A DNA stretch of 64,000 nucleotides from Basidiobolus meristosporus CBS 931.73 (GCA_002104905.1 MCFE01000358.1:23647-87646), one strand, 5' to 3'; shown: positions 48,277-61,578, counted from the first letter of the stretch. Notes: a model not told the origin generated them from the sequence alone. Translations and numbers: made by a program.

Positions 48277-50474
48277 GCGGTCTATGTGGAATACAATTTA
48301 CTCACCTATTCATTAGTATTTATGGAACAATCAATAAATGATAGTTAATGGCTCACTACAAAGTGTCTTATTCTCCTAGTAATGATCTCAAGTAGACAAA
48401 AGGCACAGGGTGAGGCTACTATGGGGTGTTAATTAAACCCCGGTTCGACCAACCAGCATGTAGTAGTTATTTGTGAGTGAACATCAGCGGGCCTGCTGCT
48501 TGTTACTGATTTCTGGCATTTTCACCTTGGATCAGAGTAGACTGCAATTTTCCTGTACCTCAACTGCTACGTGGTAGTATCACAGATTCATACCGGACCT
48601 AAATCGGATATCAAAAAATGTCGTATCAATACCGGTGCCACTGCTGAGTTCAAACGTAATGCCAAGGTTGTAATCATGGCTGAAACTCCGATGACACTAA
48701 ATGACTTAGTCACAGGGTTGTGGCTTACGTACGGCCATATCACCTCTGCTGACCCGTTAAGTAACTCCGCCTGAGAATGACCCCCATCGGCGTGAAAATT
48801 AGACATACCCTTAATAGAGGGCTCGGTAGAAACCATGAGGGCCCGTCTGCTCGGCACTATTGGAAACTATTGCTGGTCTGCTCATGTTCTTTGCTGCTGA
48901 GTCAACCGACAATCAATATTCACTGAACAACTCCTGCCTGTTGAATACTACATGTATCTTTGCCTAGAGCGCAGGAAGACTGCGACTTTCATGTATATCA
49001 ATCTCTTACATTCACTTCAGGCCTGTGTGGCGTTATGTAGGGTCGCACCAATACCTGCTACAATAAGATTTTCTGAGTTTGAATGCTATCCCAATGCTGT
49101 CACTATGGCTAAAGCTCGGATGATTCTAGGTGACTTGGTCATCAGACTGTGGCTTTCGTACATCCATACCGCTACATCCTCTAAAGACATGATGATTGAC
49201 TAGGTCGCACTCCCGCCAATATACGGCCATGGATACAATGGTGACCTCGGCTGATCTTCAAAATCACTGCTTGATGATTTAAGATCGTGATGCGTGTAGA
49301 AGTCTTCTTTCGCGAGAGGTCTGCTTCGCAGATAGGAAAACCCACGTGGATGGTGTTGAACCAAAGCAATTAAAAATACCAAGTGGGTTCCAATATAGTA
49401 AATCAATCGTGGAGAGTGGTAACACCAGCCAACTTGGGGAAAATTGGGTTCCTGATTTGTACTTGGCAAAAGTGATCTATTCAATTAGTTGAGGCAGATT
49501 TCGAAATAAGATCAGGTTAGGACCATTTGCATCATTGACATTGCTATGAATTGCTCCGCAAAAGTCTTCCAACCCCATAACTATTGACTTGTTCAGTATG
49601 TTTAACTAGAACCAAGGTCAATGGTATGTCGTAAGCGCCCAATATTTGCTGCTGATCGAGTGATTTTCGACTTTCAATATCGTGAATACTCTTTCGGGTG
49701 TACCACCTGGTGAAATGGCATACAAATATGAGACATATGTATAACCTTGTTCAAAACCTCGATATGCTCTTCAAGTGTAAGTAGAATAATATGAATCGAT
49801 GAGTTTTGACAATCGAAGTGCAATGGTGTTCTTGAATAAACCGCTGGCCCTCCAAAGATGGATAGCATTCTGGATCATATCCAGACAGTTAGTAAATTTC
49901 TAAACAAGAAATCCGGTTGAATATGGAAATGGTCATGCGCAATTGGTTATGTCTCAGAGGTGGCATACAAAATTAAATTCCCCCAATTCATTTATTCCCA
50001 GGATATGGGATTGTTTCTGGTTAATTTAAACCTTAAGTGTAGTGGAGACGTACCCATTCGCTAGTTACATTTAGGTGGAGCAGGTAGGTTTGATATGTGT
50101 GACAGAAGAACTTTATGCACATCTCTCCTAATGATCTTTGGATATAACATTTTCATTCAAATAGTACTTCCTAAGGTACCCAGTGGCAACTTGCCATAAG
50201 GCCTATTCTGGTAAATGGCTTCCTAACTGGGATCGAAATTGGTCCATAGCCTTGTATTCTGGTATGGTGCGCTGATGGCCAGTCGAAAGTGTCACAACTA
50301 CCTATGTAAAGGAAAATAAGTTGAGCAGTGGAGTGGGTGGAGCGAGTGGAGTAGATGGTTAGCGTCTCTTGCCTCAGTAGAGCCGTAAAGATCATGAGGT
50401 GCTCAAAGTATATAAGAGCAGGTTGACTCGGAAGCTGACTTCAGTAATCTACTTCGAATAGCTACAACTATACA

Positions 50475-51776
50475 ATGAGAATCAACAGTCCCTTAGGACA
50501 AGTACTCCTGGTGGGTTTTGTCTGCTTCTGCTGCCCCGGTATGTACAATGTCATCAACGGCATGGGTGCCGGTGGTCAGATCGATGACAACACCGCCAAG
50601 AACGGAAACGTCGCGCTTTACTCCTGCTTCGCTGTGTTCGGATGCTTGGGTGGCGGTTTCTACAACATCCTCGGTGGTCGTCTGTGCTTGTGCCTCGGTG
50701 GTTTGACTTACGCTTTGTACTCTGGCTCTCTCCTCTACTACAACGCCACCGGTAAGCCCGCTTTCGTGATCATCGCCAGTGCCATTCTTGGTATTGGTGC
50801 TGGTATTCTGTGGACAGCACAAGGTGTGATCATGATGTCGTACCCCGAGGAAGACCAGAAGGGGCGATGTGTCGGTCTCTTCTGGATCATCTTCAACTTG
50901 GGTGGTGTGATGGGTGCCTTCATTCCATTCGGCCTCAACTTCCACTCTGACAAGGGAGCAGTCAGCAACAGCACCTACCTAGCCTTCCTTGTGATCATGG
51001 TTCTCGGAGCCCTCCTGGGCCTTATTCTCTTGCCACCTGGCAAGGTTATTCGTGAGGATGGAAGCAAGGTTGAGGTGAAGAAGTTCACCAACATCGGTGG
51101 CGAGATCCTCGACATCCTCAAGCTTTTCACCAACAAGAACATCCTGCTGCTCACCCCGTTGTTCATCAGCTCCAACTTCTTCTACTCGTACCAGTTCGGA
51201 GCGGTGAACGGAGTGCTGTTCAACCTCCGTACCCGTTCCCTCAACAATGCCCTCTACTGGGGATCCCAGATGATCGGAGCCTACTGTCTGGGTGCCTTCC
51301 TTGACAGCCCTAGGTTCGGCCGTCGTGCCAGAGCTGTGTACGGGCTGTACATGCTCGGAGCCTTCTTCACCATCACCTGGGGTGGAGGTCTTGCTCTCCA
51401 ACTTCAGTACACCCGTGAGGACCACCCCAAGAACATCGACTTCATCGATGACCCCAGCGAATTCTGGCCCAAGTTCATTCTCTACTTCTGCTACGGTATC
51501 TGCGATGCCATGCTGCAAACCTATGCCTACTGGGTGATGGGCGCCCTCTCCAACGACGCGTCTGTTCTCGCTCGCTATGCTGGCTACTACAAGGGAATCC
51601 AGTCTGCTGGTGGTGCCATTGCCTGGAGAATCGATGCTGTCAACACTGCTTTCCTTACCCAGCTCATCATCAACTGGGCCCTCTTCACCGTCTCACTGCC
51701 ATTCACCTATGTCGTGGCACGCCAGGTCAAGGAGACCTGTCACGAGGAAGGAGCTGAGAAGGGCGAGACCTCTTAA
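50475..51776 (+). CDS. UNC-93-like MFS transporter, type B copy 2 (433 aa)
   Basis: Protein identical to type B copy 1; located exactly 3500 bp downstream. Confidence 0.92.
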   Translation: MRINSPLGQVLLVGFVCFCCPGMYNVINGMGAGGQIDDNTAKNGNVALYSCFAVFGCLGGGFYNILGGRLCLCLGGLTYALYSGSLLYYNATGKPAFVIIASAILGIGAGILWTAQGVIMMSYPEEDQKGRCVGLFWIIFNLGGVMGAFIPFGLNFHSDKGAVSNSTYLAFLVIMVLGALLGLILLPPGKVIREDGSKVEVKKFTNIGGEILDILKLFTNKNILLLTPLFISSNFFYSYQFGAVNGVLFNLRTRSLNNALYWGSQMIGAYCLGAFLDSPRFGRRARAVYGLYMLGAFFTITWGGGLALQLQYTREDHPKNIDFIDDPSEFWPKFILYFCYGICDAMLQTYAYWVMGALSNDASVLARYAGYYKGIQSAGGAIAWRIDAVNTAFLTQLIINWALFTVSLPFTYVVARQVKETCHEEGAEKGETS

Positions 51777-52051
51777 GCGGTCTATGTGGAATACAATTTA
51801 CTCACCTATTCATTAGTATTTATGGAACAATCAATAAATGACAATTAATTCATCATTATCGAATAATCATTAAATTGACTATCAATCATGATTTATTTTT
51901 ACCGTTACATATTCATAGATGTACTGTCAAGAATATCACCTGGTATTTTTGACGAATCAGGACAAGGGAATTTTTTGGTTACTCGGGGACTATATTATAA
52001 TCAGCGAAATAGATGGAGCTTCTTCCTTCTTAACAATTGAATCCGCACAAC

Positions 52052-52779
<728 letters not shown>

Positions 52780-53070
52780 ACATTTCCATATTTTTTTCGA
52801 GAATTTCTCTTTTTACAACACAATAAACACCACTTATTTTCATCCAAATTACCTGTCGTCGCCCCCACTCCTCAATCTATCGATATTATCCGTGACCTCA
52901 TGATGTCCCGGTAGCAGCCAATCAGCTCGCTTTATTGAAGACACTTTCTCACCCTACTCCTGGTCCATATGATTTAGCAGTGAATATGGAGCTACGTAAG
53001 GCAGCAGCACCGTGGGAATATCGCCAAGGTAAATAAGGTGAGTTCACATTGAGTGCTGGGCAAGTGAGCG

Positions 53071-53520
53071 ATGGACATTATTCGTAAGCGAGTTATAAAA
53101 GCGCTGGTGAACCCGCCCCACACCCCGCACCTCCAATCCCGCTATATTTCCACTGCCTCCGTTCCCATGGTCCAAAAACTTACCACCCAAGAGCGTGAGC
53201 TTCACCTCAACACCCTGAAGGCCCAAGACTGGAAAGAGGTGGAGAACCGTGACGCCATCATCAAAACCTTCCTGTTTGACGACTTCAACCAGGCCTTCGG
53301 CTTCATGTCCCGAGTTGCCCTTCGTGCCGACAAAGTCGACCACCACCCCGAATGGTTCAACGTAAGTACTCTTGGTTTCTCCCAGCTGGGGGCTCGTTCT
53401 AATATGGTTCTTCAGGTATACAATAAGGTTGAAGTCACCCTCTCCACACACGACTGCCAGGGCCTCTCCATAAGAGATATTGAATTGGCAAATTTCTGCG
53501 ACACCGTCTATCATCAATAG
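53071..53520 (+). CDS. PCBD: Pterin-4-alpha-carbinolamine dehydratase; intron 53362-53415 (131 aa spliced)
   Basis: [25 protein letters not shown]|[17 protein letters not shown] motif; GTAAGT...TTCAG intron. Confidence 0.9.
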   Translation: MDIIRKRVIKALVNPPHTPHLQSRYISTASVPMVQKLTTQERELHLNTLKAQDWKEVENRDAIIKTFLFDDFNQAFGFMSRVALRADKVDHHPEWFNVSTLGFSQLGARSNMVLQVYNKVEVTLSTHDCQGLSIRDIELANFCDTVYHQ

Positions 53521-53675
53521 TTTAATGGATCGAATCAATTCTGTTTGAGCAGCAATTGAATCAACCTCAAAAACCATGAAATCACCACTGCATGTCACAA
53601 ACTCAAATAAACTGCACAATGTATAGCTGATATTACTCTTTATTTTTAATACAACTAAAGTAACACTTGAAAGGT

Positions 53676-54446
53676 TTACTTGCGAGCCTTGAGCTTTCTG
53701 ATGTAGAAGTCGAGCTCTTGGCCTTCCAAGATGTAACCGTCACAACGTCCGGATTGACCGGGACGGGAGGAGATGATGGCGTACAAACGACCAGTGGAGA
53801 ACTGCTCGGCCAAATGGGGATCGACCTTGGCGGCTTGCTTGCGGGCATCGATCTTGCGTTGGACGTGGTTGGAACGCTTGACTTCCTCCTCGGCAGCCTC
53901 GTCACCCTTGGTCTTCTTGCGACCCAATTGTTGGGCGTAGTGGCTCTCGTACCATTGGCGGAAAGGAGTGGCATCGACTTGGATGACGGCACCCTTCACC
54001 AAGGTGTTGGTACGGACCAACTCGTTGTTGGAGGCGTTGTAGACGACGGAAACGATTCTGGTCTTCTTGGCGATGCTCTCGGAACCCCAGGAGAAGTTAC
54101 CGGTGTCGAGACGAAGAGCACGGAACTTGCGGTTTCCACCACGAACACGGACCTCGTGAATGCGCTTGGCACCGAGCTTGGTGTTGGCGGCTTGACGGCC
54201 CAACTCGAACTTTCTCTTCTTGCGGTAGTGGGCGCGCTTGGCACCTGTGTGCGATCTCTTATGACGGGAGTCTCTGCTGATACCTATGGAAACGCAATTC
54301 AGGCGCCGGTTAGTGTTTGGTCGGATTGTTGAAGGGGGGGGAGGTCTGCCTCTCACCCATGCAAACAATCAATGGATGCGTTCAATCCATCCTTGTCCGG
54401 ATGGTGTGAGGGCCTCGAATCAACAGGGAAAATCATACGCACCCAT
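53676..54446 (-). CDS. RPS8: 40S ribosomal protein S8 (eS8); exon 1 ATGG 54446-54443 (alternative 54360-54357), exon 2 54283-53676 (203 aa)
   Basis: [31 protein letters not shown]...[10 protein letters not shown]; acceptor CATAG at 54284; pyrimidine-rich leader upstream of the distal ATG. Confidence 0.93.
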
Positions 54447-54526
54447 GGTTCCTTTAGTTCCTTGACGTAGTTGGAAACGAAAAGACCGTTGTTTGAGAAA
54501 TCCTAGTGGATTTTATCCCATCCGGG

Positions 54527-54540
54527 TCACGTGTCATGTG
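54527..54540. promoter_or_regulatory. Possible bHLH E-boxes (TCACGTG, TCATGTG) upstream of RPS8
   Basis: Motif match only, ~80 bp upstream of the distal start; Cbf1-type sites occur in fungal ribosomal-protein promoters. Confidence 0.3.
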
Positions 54541-55559
54541 ATGGTTCCTCCTCGAGGAATCTGGGGGTTTTTTTCCCAATTTTTTCTTCACAAGGTTCAT
54601 ACCCTGGCTCCTGGCCAATGGAGTGCACCAGCTGAGATGCGTTCGGATGCGGATTTAGTTGGCAGGTGTTCGATTTCACATCACTTGGTTAATGTTTACA
54701 CCAACCTTTGTTGCTCTCATGCTAGACTCATCGGTGGTGTACTGTGGGGATCTGCTGGAGGCGAATTCAGATCTTTTGGCAGATGAATAACACCTTGATA
54801 TATGGTGCGTAGGCTTTAAGTGAACTCTGCATCGTTGAAGCCCTGTTCGGGATTCTACATTAACATGATTAAAATCGGCATGTGTTATGATAACACATGA
54901 CAATGGAAATTGAAAAATAAGATGCAGGAAAATGTAGCGAGGAAATTCTTTATACCCAGTACTACACAGTGAAAGTTCCCCATTGCCTGCACATATTTCT
55001 TTTCCAAAATCTGATTGGCACACCTTTGTAGGTTTTTCAATCAAGTATTCAAATATGTACGTGTTGTGTATCATATTTTCGCACATAAATGTTTGTACTT
55101 CCCTCTTAGATCTACCATGCTCTGACCAAGCTCTCTGTTGGGATCTAGTTTGAACATTTGCATAGAAAGGTCACCTTCCTACAATATGGTAGGCAATATT
55201 TGTTGCAAATATGCAGCTTAAACCCAACCGATTGCTAAATTGTGTGTCATTTACTCATTATTTAGTTTGTAAGATTTCAGTCAACCCCAAGTCAAGATTT
55301 AAAGCTCACCCAGAACCTCCCGGCAATGCTCCATTTGCAAAGGGACATATATTATGGCACTCTAATCACTGACTTAACAAAGTCTTAAAGTTTAAATACT
55401 CTACTTGAGCCCTCTAAATAGGTGAATATGAAATAAATCTTCAAACTCCCTAGGCAAATCCAATATACCTTAGGAATCTTGGAAGAATATCACTCAATTC
55501 ATTTTGCTTGGTGCCCCACTAGAAATTTCAGCAGAAGTCTTTTCCCATTTAACTGATGT

Positions 55560-55989
55560 AACCTTTACAATCACACCTATATACTCACCTACCTTTGTCA
55601 CTTAGATATTACCTGCACATCTTAGAGAACACTAACCATATTCCTTGCTGGAACTATGTTTGAATATTTTCATCAAAACATTGGGTACCCAAAATATAAA
55701 ATTCTCAAAGCTGTCCAAACAGCCCCATACCTTGCACACTTGCTCTTGGGACCTTCCTTAACATATTCCATGCTCTGGTCTTGCCAATACCATGTATATG
55801 CATATATACTACTCTTACATTCAGCTGATAATCAAGTGAAGTCACAAAATCTACCTGCTCTCCCAATCACTTTCAATATATCCCAGACTCTGACAGCAAG
55901 TTGTGAGCCCCAAGCTGTCACTCACTGCAATGCTCACTGCTGCTGTTGCACAAAGTTTTCCCTCTGCTGAAAAGTTGCAAGGATCCAAC
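55560..55989 (+). mobile_element. Old degenerate copia LTR plus gag start
   Basis: LTR-like sequence, degenerate PBS (agttgtgagcccc) and start of gag (gaaaagttgcaaggatccaac). Confidence 0.6.
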
Positions 55990-55999
55990 TGTGGTAAAA

Positions 56000-58900
56000 T
56001 GTTGTAAAAAATTCGTATTTCCACCTAAATATTCACCTAACTTAGTCACTTAGATCATTACCTTCAAATCCTAGAAAATACTGACCAAATTCCTTGTCGG
56101 GATTTACTTAGAATATTTACCCAGAACATGAAAATTCTCAAAGTTGTCCAAACAGCCCCAAACTTTGCACACATGTTCTTGGGACCTTCCTTAACCTATT
56201 CTACGTGTTTGTAATGCCAGGACCAGGTAAAAGTATAAATACTACTTTTACATTCAATAAATCATTAAGTGAAAACCACATAATCTACTTGTTCTCCAAA
56301 TCACTTCCAATATCTCCAAGACTCTTACAACAGGCTATGAGCCCCAAGCTGTCACTCTCTGCAATGTCTACTACTGCTATTACTGGAATTTTTCCCTCTG
56401 CTGAAAAGTTGGATGGATCTAACTACCAAGTGTGGAAGGTGAAGATGAAGATGCTGCTACAAGAAAGAGGCCTTTGGGATATTGTCATGGGAGAAGAATG
56501 CCCTCCTAAAAGTGTGGGAGAGGAAGCCTTAAAGTACCAGAAGAAAGAATAAAGTGCCTTTAACTGCATTTGCCTTAATGTCAAGGACAAATTGCTAATT
56601 CAATGCTCAAGAGCAAAAACGGCAAAGAATGCCTGGAAGGCATTAGAAGACACCTACCAGTCATGTTCAGCTGCCAAGAAAATGTATCTGAGACGAAAAT
56701 TCTTTACTACAAAGATGCTGCCAGGAGAAGAAATGAAAAATCTAATTAACAGAATTACCCTGCTGGTAGATGAGATGGAATCTGTGGGTGTACCAACTAC
56801 TGATGAGGATGTGATAGTTACCATCCTGAATAGCCTGACAGACGAGTTTCAGGGCCTTGTATCAGCCCTAGAGTCCAGAACTGAAGATTTGACCTTAAAT
56901 TACATATATGGAAGGCTCCTGGATGAAGAATTAAGAAAATCAAGCGCCAATAAGAAGGAAGAAGAAAATGCTTTAATAAGCAATGATAACCAACAAAGCA
57001 GGTACCCAAGACCCAACAAAGGTAACAGCAACCTATTTTGCAACTACTGCAAAAGGAAAGGACACACATCAGACCGGTGTTTCAAAAAAAGAGATTATCA
57101 GCAAAAGAAGCCTGCATATGGAAATGCTGCAACAACTGAAGATAGTGTTGCAATATTCTGAGGAGTATTGGAAGTGATGTGGAGAACTAGAAGATTTACA
57201 TGTTATTCACTTGTAGATTTATTGATCAAAAGTATGGTATTTATACTTTTGATAAAGTAGAGGAAAACAAACGTGTAGAGTTTGTTAAGGAAGGTCCCAA
57301 GAATATGTGTGCAAAGTTTGGGGTCTTTTGGACGACTTTGAGAAAAATAATAATCTGGGTACCTGACAATTTGGTGAAAATATTCTAAGTAAATCCCAAC
57401 AAGAAATCTAGTCAGGACAGAATGCTAATCACAGAATAAGATCTATGTGACTAAGTTAGCATGAATATTTAGGTGACAATTCAATAATTACAACAGATAG
57501 ACTATTCATATCTGCACTAAATATGACCACAAACAAGGATTCTCAGATGTGGTATATTGACTCTGGAGCTTCTCAACACTTTACACACCAAAAAGAACTT
57601 TTTACCCAATATCAAGAAATTCCAATTAAGAAGGTTTTCATGGGTGATGATAGAACACTTGATGCAGTGGGAGAAGGAACTATCCAAGTAAACCTTAGAA
57701 GCAGTGAAGGAAGCCATACACTGACCTTCAAAGAAGTACTCTATGTACCAGAAATAGCCAAGAACCTACTCTCTGTAAGCAAGGCCACAGCAGAAGGACT
57801 CAGTTTCAGTTTTGACAATTCTGGATGCAGGATCACTGATCAAAATGGTGCTCATATTGCTTCGGGCATCAGAGATCAGAATCTATACAAGTTGACTTAT
57901 ATTCCATCATATCTGGAAGCCAATATAAGTAACTTAAATAAAGAAACACCAATGCTTTGGCACAGGAGATTTGGGCACATCAATTTTGATTATTTGCGCA
58001 AAATGATCAAAGATCAGCTAATTTCTGGAGTGAAAATTGATCCCCCAGCTAATTTGGAGCACTGTGAAGCCTGCATATATGGGAAACAAGCCAGACAACC
58101 GTTCAAGAGCTCTGGGTTAATCAAAACTAAGAAAAAATTAGATCTAATTCACTCAGATCTGTGTGGACCTATGCAAAATTTATCCTTAGGCGGGATGAAG
58201 TATTTAATCACTTTTATTGATGATTATACAAGATACACATGGGTCTACTTCATGGAGAGAAAGGAAGAAGCTCTGTCTAAGCTCAGGGAGTTTAAAGCCA
58301 TGGTGGAGAGAGAAACTGGTGAAAAAATCAAGAAAATACGCTCTGACAATGGTGGAGAATATACCTGAAAACTCTTCATCCACTTCTGCAAAATTCATGG
58401 GATAAAGCAAGAGACTACTGTACCATACTCCCCACAGCAAAATGGAGTAGCAGAACAAGCTAACAGATCAATAATTGATATGGCAAGATCTATGATCCAT
58501 GATCAAAAATTATCCTATGATTTTTGGGCGGAATCAGTTGCCACTGCTGTATATCTTAAAAATAGGAGTTATAACAGAATACTTTGTGATTCTACTCCAT
58601 TTGAAGCATGGTATGGATACAGACCAAGTGCAGAACATCTAAGAATATTTGGGTGTACAGCATATGCCAAAAAACTGGCCGGAAATCAGTCAGAATTTGA
58701 GCCAAAAAGTGTAAAATGCATATTTTTGGGCTACTGCAATGAGAGTAAGGCATACAGACTCTACAATACCAAAGCAAAGAAGCTGATCAAGTCCAGGGAT
58801 GTGTTGTTTGATGAAAATTCAAAATTTTCACAAAAAATGACATCAGATGATGACAAAAATTTGATCTCAAGTCCACCAATTGTCAGGATTGAATCAGAGC

Positions 58901-61024
58901 AAAACAATGAAGATTTTTTCACTCCAGAGGACTCTACAACCGTGGTTCAGCCAGAATCAGTGCCCAGGAATATCCCAGAAGTGATCATTCCAGTATCAAA
59001 TGCCCGGAGATCAAATCAGACAAGAAATAGCCCAAATTACTATATTAATGAGGGTACAAACTTAGCCCACGCCTATTCAGTCCATATTGATGAACCCCAG
59101 ACTGTAAAAGAGGCCCTAAATAGCCCTCAGACAAAGTTTTGGAGATCTGCAATGACTGAGGAATATCAGGCCCTGATGGAAAATCAAACTTGGGACTTGG
59201 TCAAATTACCAATCAACCAAAAATCAATTGGATGCAGATGGGTCTTCAAGACAAAATACAAGGCTAATGGTACAATTGAAAGATACAAAGCAAGACTTGT
59301 GGCCAAAGGATACTCTCAAACAAAAGGACTTGACTATACTGAGACCTTTGCACTGGTGGCCAAGTTTAATTCCATCAGATTAATATTGGCTATTGCAGCC
59401 AAATATAAGTTTTTTATTCATCAAATGGATGTAAAAACTGCATTTTTGAATGGAGAACTTGATGAGGACGTGTATATGGACCAGCCTGATGGGTTTGCTG
59501 ACCAAGATAACCCCCATTTGGTCTGCAAGCTTAAAAAGTCACTATATGGTCTCAAACAATCACCGAGAGCCTGGAATTGCAAGATAGATTCTTATTTGGA
59601 ATCTTTGAGTTTCAAAAGGAGTAATGCTGACTATAGTATATACTATAAGCCAGATAGAGCAAATCCAGTTCTATTAGCTCTATATGTGGATGATCTTATT
59701 ATAGCCGCCAATAACCTAGAAACATTGGAAGAGACTAAATCCAGCCTATCTAAGGAGTTCAAGATGTCCAATCTAGGAGAACTCAGTTACTACTTAGGGA
59801 TTAAGTTCTTCATAGACAGAAGTACCCAGACTATCACCCTAAGCCAATCCAAGTATATTCAAGATATACCAAAGAAGTACAAAATGGAAGACTGTAAACC
59901 AGCAGCTACCCCAATGGAGACAAACCTTAACTTGGTCAAAACTCAACCAAATCAAGAGAGCTTGGTGCCATCAGAAAGCCCTGACTTTCCTTATCAATCT
60001 ATGGTCGGCAGTCTGATGTATATCATGCTTGGAACATGTCCAGATATCTCATATTCAGTGGGAGTTGTCAGCCAACATAATCAGAATTATGGATCTGATC
60101 ATATTGCAGCAGTTAAGTGGATTTTTAGATACCTAAAAGGAACTGCTGATATCTGCTTAAGATACACTTATAAGGACTCAGAACAGGATCTTGTGGGATA
60201 CTCTGATGCTGATTGGGGACAAAATTTAGAAGACAGAAGATCCACCACAGGATACACCTTTCTTTACTATAAAGGAGCAATTTCATGGAATTCAAGAAAG
60301 CAACCAACCATAGCACTTTCTACTACAGAGGCAGAGTATATGGCAGCCTGTGAAGCTACCAAAGAAGCAATGTGGTTAAGAAAGCTTTTTGCAGATTTAG
60401 GCCTATGTCAAAAAACGCCTATTACTTTATTTCAAGATAATCAAGGATGTATACAATTAGGTAGAAATCCAACTTTTCATGCTAGAACCAAGCACATAGA
60501 TATTAGACATCATTTCATACAAGAAGCTATAGAGAATAACTTAGTTAGCTTAGTTTACTGTCCTACAGATGAAATGATTGCAGACATATTTACCAAACCA
60601 TTAGCTAGAGACAAGTTTGTATATCTTAGGTCAGAATTAGGACTAGTCAGTATGAACATTTAGCTGAGTGGGAGTGTTGTAAAAAATTTGTATTTCCACC
60701 TAAATATTCACCTAACTTAGTCACTTAGATCATTACCTTCAAATCCTAGAAAATACTGACCAAATTCCTTGTTGGGATTTACTTAGAATATTTTCACCAA
60801 AATACCAGGTACCCAGAACATGAAGATTCTCAAAGTTGTCCAAACAGCCCCAAACTTTGCACACATGTTCTTGGGACCTTCCTTAACCTATTCTACATGT
60901 TTGTAATGCCAAGACCAGGTAAAAGTATAAATACTACTTTTACATTCAATAAATCATTAAGTGAAAACCACATAATCTACTTGTTCTCCAAATCACTTCC
61001 AATATCTCCAAGACTCTTACAACA
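56000..61024 (+). mobile_element. Full-length Ty1/copia retrotransposon B (inactivated)
   Basis: LTRs 56000-56332 and 60675-61024, TSD TAAAA, PBS GGCTATGAGCCC, PPT. The gag-pol ORF is broken by a TAA ending at 56552, a TGA ending at 58368 and a solo-LTR insertion; a 727-aa integrase/RT/RNase H frame remains. Confidence 0.95.
57146..57495 (-). mobile_element. Solo LTR of a related family inserted antisense in element B
   Basis: TGTTGCAA...TTACAACA termini and 5-bp TSD GATAG; removing it restores gaagatagactattc as in element A. Confidence 0.9.
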
Positions 61025-61341
61025 TAAAAGTCTTAGAGATATTGGAAGTGATTTGGAGAACAAGTAGATTATGTGGTTTTCACTTAATGATTTATTAAAT
61101 GTGAGAGTAGTATTAATACTTTCATATAGGTCTTGGCATAGCAAGCACACATAATAGGCTTAGAAAGGTCCCAAGAACATGTGTGCAAAGTTTGGAGCTG
61201 TTTAGACCACTTTGAGAATTTTCATGTTCTGGGTACCTGATATTTTGGTTGAAATATTCTAAGAAAATTCCAAAAAAATATTTGGTCAGTATTCTCTAAG
61301 CTTTGTAGGTGAATGTTAAGGTGGAATTACAAATTTGCACA
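61025..61341 (-). mobile_element. Minus-strand LTR split by element B (first bases at 55990-55999)
   Basis: tgtggTAAAA|...|TAAAAgtcttagagatattgg reconstitutes the LTR terminus TGTTGTAAGAGTCTTGGAGAT. Confidence 0.7.
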
Positions 61342-61379
61342 TATGTGATTATCTTGAAATTAAGTAATTGGCATTTTTA

Positions 61380-61578
61380 TGTTGTAAAAATTCATATTTC
61401 CACCTAAATAATCACCTAACTTAGTCACTTAGATCATTACTTTCAAATCCTAGAGAATACTGACCAAATTGCTTGTTGGGATTTACTTGGAATATTTTCA
61501 CCAAAATACCAGGTATCCAGAACATGAAAATTCTCAAAGCTGTCCAAACAGCCTTAAACTTTGCACACATGTTCTTGG
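61380..61578 (+). mobile_element. Plus-strand LTR interrupted by element C
   Basis: TGTTGTAAAAA start; colinear with the LTR family until 61578. Confidence 0.75.

Noticed and set aside
48571-49484. Several 60-95 aa ORFs between the type B copies
   Set aside because: No recognisable domain, no gene-like codon bias, and stops in every frame.
54284-54368. N-terminal extension of RPS8 in the ORF track (230 aa)
   Set aside because: It begins at a TTG and reads through intron sequence; eS8 proteins start MGISRD.
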